In this document: piece after piece, positions 1-11,600 of the stretch | Layout: every line of letters starts with the position of its first letter | Position numbering within the stretch: position 1 is the stretch's first letter | Assembly (NCBI GenBank): GCA_964016885.1 | Contig: OZ024752.1 | Location: 16,554,001-16,618,000, forward strand | DNA from: Eledone cirrhosa | Lineage: Eukaryota | DNA length: 64,000 nucleotides | Direction of reading: 5' to 3' | Program-made: the position numbers and the translations under genes | The notes under the pieces: model-generated | What the model was told of the DNA's origin: nothing | The model's input: only the letters and a program-made list of their open reading frames with translations | Database searches by the model: none

Positions 1-2779
1 ATGTCAGCCGTGTGTGGTAGTCTGTTATGGGAAGGATCACTCTGATGTCAGCTGTGTGTGGTAGTCTGTTATCGGAAGGATCACCCCGATGTCAGCCGTG
101 TGTGGTAGTCTGTCTAAGGGAAGGATCACTCTGATGTCAGCCGTGTGTGGTAGTCTGTCTAGGGGAAGGATCACTCTGATGTAAGCCGTGTGTGGTAGTC
201 TGTCTAAGGGAAGGATCACTCTGATGTCAGTCATGTGTGGTAGTCTGTTATGGGAAGGATCACTCTGATGTCAGCCGTGTGTGGTAGTCTGTTATGGGAA
301 GGATCACTCTGATGTCAGCCGTGTGTGGTAGTCTGTCTAGGGGAAGGATCACTCTGATGTCAGCCGTGTGTGGTAGTCTGTCTAGGGGAAGGATCACTCT
401 GATGTCAGCCATGTGTGGTAGTCTGTCTAGGGGAAGGATCACTCTGATGTCAGCCAAGTGTGGTAGTCTGTCTAGGGGAAGGATCACTCTGATGTCAGCC
501 GTGTGTGGTAGTCTGTCTATGGGAAGGATCACTCTGATGTCAGCCGTGTGTGGTAGTCTGTCTAGGTGAAGGATCACTCTGATGTCAGCCGTGTGTGGTA
601 GTCTGTCTAGGGGAAGGATGACTCCGATGTCAGCCGTGTGTGGTAGTCTGTCTAGGTGAAGGATCACCCTGATGTCAGCCGTGTGTGGTGGTCTGTTATG
701 GGAAGGATCACTCTGATGTCAGCCGTGTGTGGTAGTATGTCTAGGGGAAGGATCACTCTGATGTCAGCCGTGTGTGGTAGTCTGTTATGGGAAGGATCAC
801 TCCGATGTCAGCCGTGTGTGGTAGTCTGTTATGGGAAGGATCACTCCGATGTCAGCCGTGTGTGGTAGTCTGTCTAGGGGAAGGATCACTCTGATGTCAG
901 CTGTGTGTGGCAGTCTGTCTAGGGGAAGGATCACTCAGATGTCAGCCAAGTGTGGTAGTCTGTCTAGGGGAAGGATCACTCTGATGTCAGCCATGTGTGG
1001 TAGTCTGTCTAGGTGAAGGATCACTCTGATGTCAGCCGTGTGTGGTAGTCTGTTATGGGAAGGATCACTCTGATGTCAGCTGTGTGTGGTAGTCTGTTAT
1101 GGCAAGGATCACTCTGATGTCAGCTGTGTGTGGTAGTCTGTTATGGGAAGGATCACTCTGATGTCAGCCGTGTGTGGTTGTCTGTTATGGGAAGGATCAC
1201 TCCGATGTCAGCCGCGTGTGGTAGTCTGTCTAGGGGAAGGATCACTCTGATGTCAGCCGTGTGTGGTAGTCTGTTATGGGAAGGATCACTCTGATGTCAG
1301 CCGTGTGTGGTAGTCTGTTATGGGAAGGATCACTCTGATGTCAGCTGTGTGTGGTAGTCTGTTATCGGAAGGATCACCCCGATGTCAGCCGTGTGTGGTA
1401 GTCTGTCTAAGGGAAGGATCACTCTGATGTCAGCCGTGTGTGGTAGTCTGTCTAGGGGAAGGATCACTCTGATGTAAGCCGTGTGTGGTAGTCTGTCTAA
1501 GGGAAGGATCACTCTGATGTCAGTCATGTGTGGTAGTCTGTTATGGGAAGGATCACTCTGATGTCAGCCGTGTGTGGTAGTCTGTCTAGGGGAAGGATCA
1601 CTCTGATGTCAGCCGTGTGTGGCAGTCTGTTATTGGAAGGGTCACTCTGATGTCAGCCGTGTGTGGTAGTCTGTCTAGGGGAAGGATCACTCTGATGTCA
1701 GCCGTGTGTGGTAGTCTGTCTAGGGGAAGGATCACTCTGATGCCAGCCGTGTGTGGTAGTCTGTCTAGGGGAAGGATCACTCTGATGTCAGCCAAGTGTG
1801 GTAGTCTGTCTAGGGGAAGGATCACTCTGATGTTAGCCGTGTGTAGTAGTCTGTCTAGGTGAAGGATCACTCTGATGTCAGCGTGTGTGGTAGTCTGTCT
1901 AAGGGAAGGATCACTCTGATGTCAGCCGTGTGTGGTAGTCTGTCTAGGGGAAGGATCACTCTGATGTCAGCCGTGTGTGGTAGTCTGTCTAGGGGAAGGA
2001 TCACTCTGATGTCAGCCGTGTGTGGTAGTCTGTCTAGGGGAAGGATCACTCTGATGTCAGCCATGTGTGGTAGTCTGTCTAGGGGAAGGATCACTCTGAT
2101 GTCAGCCGTGTGTGGTAGTCTGTCTAGGGGAAGGATCACTCTGATGTCAGCCGTGTTTGGTAGTCTGTCTAGGGGAAGGATCACTCTGATGTCAGCCGTG
2201 TGTGGTAGTCTGTCTAGGTGAAGGATCACTCTGATGTCAGCTGTGTGTGGTAGTCTGTCTAGGGGAAGGATCACTCTGATGTCAGCCATGTGTGGTAGTC
2301 TGTCTAGGGGAAGGATCACTCTGATGTCAGCCGTGTGTGGTAGTCTGTCTAGGTGAAGGATCACTCTGATGTCAGCTGTGTGTGGTAGTCTGTCTAGGGG
2401 AAGGATCACTCTGATGTCAGCCATGTGTGGTAGTCTGTCTAGCGGAAGGATCACTCTGATGTCAGCCACGTGTGGTAGTCTGTCTAGGTGAAGGATCACT
2501 CTGATGTCAGCCGTGTGTGGTAGTCTGTTATGGGAAGGATCACTCTGATGTCAGCTGTGTGTGGGAGTCTGTTATGGGAAGGATCACTCTGATGTCAGCT
2601 GTGTGTGGTTGTCTGTTATCGGAAGGATCACTCTGATGTCAGCCGTGTGTGGTAGTCTGTTATGGGAAGGATCACTCTGATGTCAGCCAAGTGTGGTAGT
2701 CTGTCTAGGGGAAGGATCACTCTGATGTCAGCCGTGTGTGGTAGTCTGTTATGGGAAGGATCACTCTGATGTCAGCGTG

Positions 2780-5700
2780 TGTGGTAGTCTGTTATGGGAA
2801 GGATCACTCTGATGTCAGCCAAGTGTGGTAGTCTGTCTAGGGGAAGGATCACTCTGATGTCAGCCGTGTGTGGTAGTCTGTTATGGGAAGGATCATTCTG
2901 ATGTCAGCCGTGTGTGGTAGTCTGTTATGGGAAGGATCACTCCGATGTCAGCCGTGTGTGGTAGTCTGTCTAGGTGAAGGATCACTCTGATGTCAGCCGT
3001 GTGTGGTAGTCTGTCTAGGGGAAGGATCACTCTGATGTCAGCCAAGTGTGATAGTCTGTCTAGGGGAAGGATCACTCTGATGTCAGCCGTGTGTGGTAGT
3101 CTGTTATGGGAAGGATCACTCTGATGTCAGCCAAGTGTGATAGTCTGTCTAGGGGAAGGATCACTCTGATGTCAGCCGTGTGTGGTAGTCTGTTATGGGA
3201 AGGATCACTCTGATGTCAGCCGTGTGTGGTAGTCTGTTATGGGAAGGATCACTCTGATGTCAGCTGTGTGTGGTAATCTGTTTAGGGGAAGGATCACTCT
3301 GATGTCAGCCGTGTGTGGTAGTCTGTCTAGGTGAAGGATCACTCTGATGTCAGCCAAGTGTGATAGTCTGTCTAGGGGAAGGATCACTCTGATGTCAGCC
3401 GTGTGTGGTAGTCTGTTATGGGAAGGATCACTCTGATGTCAGCCGTGTGTGGTAGTCTGTTATGGGAAGGATCACTCTGATGTCAGCTGTGTGTGATAAT
3501 CTGTTATGGGAAGGATCACTCCGATGTCAGCCGTGTGTGGTAGTCTGTCTAGGTGAAGGATCACTCTGATGTCAGCCAAGTGTGGTAGTCTGTCTAGGGG
3601 AAGGATCACTCTGATGTCAGCCGTGTGTGGTAGTCTGTTATGGGAAGGATCACTCTGATGTCAGCCGTGTGTGGTAGTCTGTCTAGGTGAAGGATCACTC
3701 TGATGTCAGTCGTGTGTGGTAGTCTGTCTAGGTGAAGGATCACTCTGATGTCAGCCGTGTGTGGTAGTCTGTCTAGGGGAAGGATCACTCTGATGTCAGC
3801 CTGTGTGGTAGTCTGTCTAAGGGAAGGATCACTCTGATGTCAGCCGTGTGTGGTAGTCTGTCTAAGGGAAGGATCCCTCTGATGTCAGTCATGTGTGGAA
3901 GTCTGTTATGGGAAGGATCACTCTGATGTCAGCCGTGTGTGGTAGTCTGTCTAGGGGAAGGATCACTCTGATGTCAACCGTGTGTGGTAGTCTGTCTAGG
4001 GGAAGGATCACTCTGATGTCAGCCGTGTGTGGTAGTCTGTGTAGGGGAAGGATCACTCTGATGTCAGCGTGTGTGGTAGTCTGTCTAAGGGAAGGATCAC
4101 TCTGACGTCAGCCGTGTGTGGTAGTCTGTCTAGGTGAAGGATCACTCTGATGTAAGCCGTGTGTGGTAGTCTGTCTAAGGGAAGGATCACTCTGATGTCA
4201 GTCATGTGTGGTAGTCTGTTATGGGAAGGATCACTCTGATGTCAGCCGTGTGTGGTAGTCTGTCTAGGTGAAGGATCACTCTGATGTAAGCCGTGTGTGG
4301 TAGTCTGTCTAAGGGAAGGGTCACTCTGATGTCAGCCGTGTGTTGTAGTCTGTCTAGGGGAAGGATCACTCTGATGTCAGCCGTGTGTGGTAGTCTGTCT
4401 AGGGGAAGGATCACTCTGATGCCAGCCGTGTATGGTAGTCTGTCTAGGGGAAGGATCACTCTGATGTCAGCCAAGTGTGGTAGTCTGTCTAGGGGAAGGA
4501 TCACTCTGATGTCAGCCGTGTGTGGTAGTCTGTCTAGGTGAAGGATCACTCTGATGTCAGCGTGTGTGGTAGTCTGTCTAAGGGAAGGATCACTCTGATG
4601 TCAGCCGTGTGTGGTAGTCTGTCTAGGGGAAGGATCACTCTGATGTCAGCCGTGTGTGGTAGTCTGTCTAAGGGAAGGATCACTATGATGTCAGCTGTGT
4701 GTGGTAGACTGTCTAGGGGAAGGATCACTCTGATGTCAGCCGTGTGTGGTAGTCTGTCTAGGTGAAGGATCACTCTGATGTCAGCCATGTGTGGTAGTCT
4801 GTCTAGGGGAAGGATCACTCTGATGTCAGCCGTGTGTGGTAGTCTGTCTAGGGGAAGGATCACTCTGATGTCAGCCATGTGTGGTAGTCTGTCTAGGGGA
4901 AGGATCACTCTGATGTCAGCCGTGTGTGGTAGTCTGTCTAGGGGAAGGATCACTCTGATGTCAGCCGTGTTTGGTAGTCTGTCTAGGGGAAGGATCACTC
5001 TGATGTCAGCCGTGTGTGGTAGTCTGTCTAGGTGAAGGATCACTCTGATGTCAGCTGTGTGTGGTAGTCTGTCTAGGGGAAGGATCACTCTGATGTCAGC
5101 CATGTGTGGTAGTCTGTCTAGGGGAAGGATCACTCTGATGTCAGCCGTGTGTGGTAGTCTGTCTAGGTGAAGGATCACTCTGATGTCAGCTGTGTGTGGT
5201 AGTCTGTCTAGGGGAAGGATCACTCTGATGTCAGCTATGTGTGGTAGTCTGTCTAGCGGAAGGATCACTCTGATGTCAGCCACGTGTGGTAGTCTGTCTA
5301 GGTGAAGGATCACTCTGATGTCAGCCGTGTGTGGTAGTCTGTTATGGGAAGGATCACTCTGATGTCAGCTGTGTGTGGGAGTCTGTTATGGGAAGGATCA
5401 CTCTGATGTCAGCTGTGTGTGGTAGTCTGTTATGGGAAGGATATCTCTGATGTCAGCCGTGTGTGGTAGTCTGTTATGGGAAGGATCACTCTGATGTCAG
5501 CCAAGTGTGGTAGTCTGTCTAGGGGAAGGATCACTCTGATGTCAGCCGTGTGTGGTAGTCTGTTATGGGAAGGATCACTCTGATGTCAGCGTGTGTGGTA
5601 GTCTGTTATGGGAAGGATCACTCTGATGTCAGCCAAGTGTGGTAGTCTGTCTAGGGGAAGGATCACTCTGATGTCAGCCGTGTGTGGTAGTCTGTTATGG

Positions 5701-8695
5701 GAAGGATCACTCTGATGTCAGCCGTGTGTGGTAGTCTGTTATGGGAAGGATCACTCTGATGTCAGCCAAGTGTGGTAGTCTGTCTAGGGGAAGGATCACT
5801 CTGATGTCAGCCGTGTGTGGTAGTCTGTTATGGGAAGGATCATTCTGATGTCAGCCGTGTGTGGTAGTCTGTTATGGGAAGGATCACTCCGATGTCAGCC
5901 GTGTGTGGTAGTCTGTCTAGGTGAAGGATCACTCTGATGTCAGCCGTGTGTGGTAGTCTGTCTAGGGGAAGGATCACTCTGATGTCAGCCAAGTGTGATA
6001 GTCTGTCTAGGGGAAGGATCACTCTGATGTCAGCCGTGTGTGGTAGTCTGTTATGGGAAGGATCACTCTGATGTCAGCCAAGTGTGATAGTCTGTCTAGG
6101 GGAAGGATCACTCTGATGTCAGCCGTGTGTGGTAGTCTGTTATGGGAAGGATCACTCTGATGTCAGCCGTGTGTGGTAGTCTGTTATGGGAAGGATCACT
6201 CTGATGTCAGCTGTGTGTGGTAATCTGTTTAGGGGAAGGATCACTCTGATGTCAGCCGTGTGTGGTAGTCTGTCTAGGTGAAGGATCACTCTGATGTCAG
6301 CCAAGTGTGATAGTCTGTCTAGGGGAAGGATCACTCTGATGTCAGCCGTGTGTGGTAGTCTGTTATGGGAAGGATACCTCTGATGTCAGCCGTGTGTGGT
6401 AGTCTGTTATGGGAAGGATCACTCTGATGTCAGCTGTGTGTGATAATCTGTTATGGGAAGGATCACTCCGATGTCAGCCGTGTGTGGTAGTCTGTCTAGG
6501 TGAAGGATCACTCTGATGTCAGCCAAGTGTGGTAGTCTGTCTAGGGGAAGGATCACTCTGATGTCAGCCGTGTGTGGTAGTCTGTTATGGGAAGGATCAC
6601 TCTGATGTCAGCCGTGTGTGGTAGTCTGTCTAGGTGAAGGATCACTCTGATGTCAGTCGTGTGTGGTAGTCTGTCTAGGTGAAGGATCACTCTGATGTCA
6701 GCCGTGTGTGGTAGTCTGTCTAGGGGAAGGATCACTCTGATGTCAGCCTGTGTGGTAGTCTGTCTAAGGGAAGGATCACTCTGATGTCAGCCGTGTGTGG
6801 TAGTCTGTCTAAGGGAAGGATCCCTCTGATGTCAGTCATGTGTGGAAGTCTGTTATGGGAAGGATCACTCTGATGTCAGCCGTGTGTGGTAGTCTGTCTA
6901 GGGGAAGGATCACTCTGATGTCAACCGTGTGTGGTAGTCTGTCTAGGGGAAGGATCACTCTGATGTCAGCCGTGTGTGGTAGTCTGTGTAGGGGAAGGAT
7001 CACTCTGATGTCAGCGTGTGTGGTAGTCTGTCTAAGGGAAGGATCACTCTGACGTCAGCCGTGTGTGGTAGTCTGTCTAGGTGAAGGATCACTCTGATGT
7101 AAGCCGTGTGTGGTAGTCTGTCTAAGGGAAGGATCACTCTGATGTCAGTCATGTGTGGTAGTCTGTTATGGGAAGGATCACTCTGATGTCAGCCGTGTGT
7201 GGTAGTCTGTCTAGGTGAAGGATCACTCTGATGTAAGCCGTGTGTGGTAGTCTGTCTAAGGGAAGGGTCACTCTGATGTCAGCCGTGTGTTGTAGTCTGT
7301 CTAGGGGAAGGATCACTCTGATGTCAGCCGTGTGTGGTAGTCTGTCTAGGGGAAGGATCACTCTGATGCCAGCCGTGTATGGTAGTCTGTCTAGGGGAAG
7401 GATCACTCTGATGTCAGCCAAGTGTGGTAGTCTGTCTAGGGGAAGGATCACTCTGATGTCAGCCGTGTGTGGTAGTCTGTCTAGGTGAAGGATCACTCTG
7501 ATGTCAGCGTGTGTGGTAGTCTGTCTAAGGGAAGGATCACTCTGATGTCAGCCGTGTGTGGTAGTCTGTCTAGGGGAAGGATCACTCTGATGTCAGCCGT
7601 GTGTGGTAGTCTGTCTAAGGGAAGGATCACTATGATGTCAGCTGTGTGTGGTAGACTGTCTAGGGGAAGGATCACTCTGATGTCAGCCGTGTGTGGTAGT
7701 CTGTCTAGGTGAAGGATCACTCTGATGTCAGCCATGTGTGGTAGTCTGTCTAGGGGAAGGATCACTCTGATGTCAGCCGTGTGTGGTAGTCTGTCTAGGG
7801 GAAGGATCACTCTGATGTCAGCCATGTGTGGTAGTCTGTCTAGGGGAAGGATCACTCTGATGTCAGCCGTGTGTGGTAGTCTGTCTAGGGGAAGGATCAC
7901 TCTGATGTCAGCCGTGTTTGGTAGTCTGTCTAGGGGAAGGATCACTCTGATGTCAGCCGTGTGTGGTAGTCTGTCTAGGTGAAGGATCACTCTGATGTCA
8001 GCTGTGTGTGGTAGTCTGTCTAGGGGAAGGATCACTCTGATGTCAGCCATGTGTGGTAGTCTGTCTAGGGGAAGGATCACTCTGATGTCAGCCGTGTGTG
8101 GTAGTCTGTCTAGGTGAAGGATCACTCTGATGTCAGCTGTGTGTGGTAGTCTGTCTAGGGGAAGGATCACTCTGATGTCAGCTATGTGTGGTAGTCTGTC
8201 TAGCGGAAGGATCACTCTGATGTCAGCCACGTGTGGTAGTCTGTCTAGGTGAAGGATCACTCTGATGTCAGCCGTGTGTGGTAGTCTGTTATGGGAAGGA
8301 TCACTCTGATGTCAGCTGTGTGTGGGAGTCTGTTATGGGAAGAATCACTATGATGTCAGCTGTGTGTGGTAGTCTGTTATGGGAAGGATATCTCTGATGT
8401 CAGCCGTGTGTGGTAGTCTGTTATGGGAAGGATCACTCTGATGTCAGCCAAGTGTGGTAGTCTGTCTAGGGGAAGGATCACTCTGATGTCAGCCGTGTGT
8501 GGTAGTCTGTTATGGGAAGGATCACTCTGATGTCAGCGTGTGTGGTAGTCTGTTATGGGAAGGATCACTCTGATGTCAGCCAAGTGTGGTAGTCTGTCTA
8601 GGGGAAGGATCACTCTGATGTCAGCCGTGTGTGGTAGTCTGTTATGGGAAGGATCACTCTGATGTCAGCCGTGTGTGGTAGTCTGTTATGGGAAG
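2780..8695 (+). repeat. Near-identical tandem block duplication, unit 2,947 bp (~66 monomers)
   Basis: Rare variants recur at offset 2,947 (CATTCTG 2894/5841; CTGACGTCAG 4102/7049). Identical ORFs pair at 2893/5840, 3205/6152, 3606/6553, 3893/6840, 4202/7149 and 4546/7493. Confidence 0.92.
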
Positions 8696-11600
8696 GATCA
8701 CTCCGATGTCAGCTGTGTGTGGTAGTCTGTTTAGGGGAAGGATCACTCTGATGTCAGCGGTGTGTGGTAGTCTGTCTAGGTGAAGGATCACTCTGATGTC
8801 AGCCAAGTGTGGTAGTCTGTCTAGGGGAAGGATCACTCTGATGTCAGCCGTGTGTGGTAGTCTGTTATGGGAAGGATCACTCTGATGTCAGCCGTGTGTG
8901 GTAGTCTGTTATGGGAAGGATCACTCTGATGTCAGCTGTGTGTGATAATCTGTTATGGGAAGGATCACTCCGATGTCAGCCGTGTGTGGTAGTCTGTCTA
9001 GGTGAAGGATCACTCTGATGTCAGCCAAGTGTGGGAGTCTGTCTAGGGGAAGGATCACTCTGATGTCAGCCGTGTGTGGTAGTCTGTTATGGGAAGGATC
9101 ACTCTGATGTCAGCCGTGTGTGGTAGTCTGTCTAGGTGAAGGATCACTCTGATGTCAGTCGTGTGTGGTAGTCTGTCTAGGTGAAGGATCACTCTGATGT
9201 CAGCCGTGTGTGGTAGTCTGTCTAGGGGAAGGATCACTCTGATGTCAGCCGTGTGTGGTAGTCTGTCTAAGGGAAGGATCACTCTGATGTCAGTCATGTG
9301 TGGAAGTCTGTTATGGGAAGGATCACTCTGATGTCAGCCGTGTGTGGTAGTCTGTCTAGGGGAAGGATCACTCTGATGTCAGCCGTGTGTGGCAGTCTGT
9401 TATGGGAGGGATCACTCTGATGTCCGCCGTGTGTGGTAGTCTGTCTAGGGGAAGGATCACTCTGATGTCAGCCGTGTGTGGTAGTCTGTCTAGGGGAAGG
9501 ATCACTCTGATGTCAGCCGTGTGTGGTAGTCTGTCTAGGGGAAGGATCACTCTGATGTCAGCCGTGTGTGGTAGTCTGTCTAGGGGAAGGATCACTCTGA
9601 TGTCAGCCAAGTGTGGTAGTCTGTCTAGGGGAAGGATCACTCTGATGTCAGCCGTGTGTGGTAGTCTGTTATGGGAAGGATCACTCTGATGTCAGCGTGT
9701 GTGGTAGTCTGTCTAAGGGAAGGATCACTCTGACGTCAGCCGTGTGTGGTAGTCTGTCTAGGTGAAGGATCACTCTGATGTAAGCCGTGTGTGGTAGTCT
9801 GTCTAAGGGAAGGATCACTCTGATGTCAGTCATGTGTGGTAGTCTGTTATGGGAAGGATCACTCTGATGTCAGCCGTGTGTGGTAGTCTGTCTAGGGGAA
9901 GGATCACTCTGATGTCAGCCGTGTGTGGCAGTCTGTTATGGGAAGGGTCACTCTGATGTCAGCCGTGTGTGGTAGTCTGTCTAGGGGAAGGATCACTCTG
10001 ATGTCAGCCGTGTGTGGTAGTCTGTCTAGGGGAAGGATCACTCTGATGTCAGCCGTGTGTGGTAGTCTGTCTAGGGGAAGGATCACTCTGATGTCAGCCA
10101 AGTGTGGTAGTCTGTCTAGGGGAAGGATCACTCTGATGTCAGCCGTGTGTGGTAGTCTGTTATGGGAAGGATCACTCTGATGTCAGTCATGTGTGGTAGT
10201 CTGTTATGGGAAGGATCACTCTGATGTCAGCCGTGTGTGGTAGTCTGTCTAGGGGAAGGATCACTCTGATGTCAGCCGTGTGTGGCAGTCTGTTATGGGA
10301 AGGATCACTCTGATGTCAGCCGTGTGTGGTAGTCTGTCTAGGGGAAGGATCACTCTGATGTCAGCCGTGTGTGGTAGTCTGTCTAGGGGAAGGATCACTC
10401 TGATGTCAGCCAAGTGTGGTAGTCTGTCTAGGGGAAGGATCACTCTGATGTCAGCCATGTGTGGTAGTCTGTCTAGGTGAAGGATCACTCTGATGTCAGC
10501 CGTGTGTGGTAGTCTGTTATGGGAAGGATCACTCTGATGTCAGCTGTGTGTGGTAGTCTGTTATGGGAAGGATCACTCTGATGTCAGCCGTGTGTGTTAG
10601 TCTGTTATGGGAAGGATCACCCCGATGTCAGCCGTGTGTGGTAGTCTGTCTAGGTGAAGGATCACTCTGATGTGAGCCGTGTGTGGTAGTCTGTCTAGGT
10701 GAAGGATCACTCTGATGTCAGCCGTGTGTGGTAGTCTGTTATGGGAAGGATCACTCTGATGTCAGCCGTGTGTGGTAGTCTGTTATGGGAAGGATCACTC
10801 CGATGTCAGCCGTGTGTGGTAGTCTGTCTAGGTGAAGGATCACTCTGATGTCAGCCAAGTGTGGTAGTCTGTCTAGGGGAAGGATCACTCTGATGTCAGC
10901 CGTGTGTGGTAGTCTGTTATGGGAAGGATCACTCTGATGTCAGCCGTGTGTGGTAGTCTGTTATGGGAAGGATCACTCTGATGTCAGCTGTGTGTGATAA
11001 TCTGTTATGGGAAGGATCACTCCGATGTCAGCCGTGTGTGGTAGTCTGTCTAGGTGAAGGATCACTCTGATGTCAGCCAAGTGTGGTAGTCTGTCTAGGG
11101 GAAGGATCACTCTGATGTCAGCCGTGTGTGGTAGTCTGTTATGGGAAGGATCACTCTGATGTCAGCCGTGTGTGGTAGTCTGTCTAGGTGAAGGATCACT
11201 CTGATGTCAGTCGTGTCTGGTAGTCTGTCTAGGTGAAGGATCACTCTGACGTCAGCCGTGTGTGGTAGTCTGTCTAGGTGAAGGATCACTCTGATGTAAG
11301 CCGTGTGTGGTAGTCTGTCTAAGGGAAGGATCACTCTGATGTCAGTCATGTGTGGTAGTCTGTTATGGGAAGGATCACTCTGATGTCAGCCGTGTGTGGT
11401 AGTCTGTCTAGGTGAAGGATCACTCTGATGTAAGCCGTGTGTGGTAGTCTGTCTAAGGGAAGGGTCACTCTGATGTCAGCCGTGTGTTGTAGTCTGTCTA
11501 GGGGAAGGATCACTCTGATGTCAGCCGTGTGTGGTAGTCTGTCTAGGGGAAGGATCACTCTGATGCCAGCCGTGTATGGTAGTCTGTCTAGGGGAAGGAT

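Noticed and set aside
302-350. Satellite-encoded hammerhead ribozyme (CTGATG...GAA resembles the CUGANGA...GAAA core)
   Set aside because: The sequence reads CUGAUGU and GAAG, missing conserved adenines, and I could not form stems I-III with the right geometry. An Infernal search with Rfam hammerhead models on a monomer trimer would settle it.
565-580. GTGA-AGGA-TCAC hairpin created by the GGTGAAG variant
   Set aside because: The stem is only 4 bp with no compensatory changes seen, too weak to call a structure or terminator.
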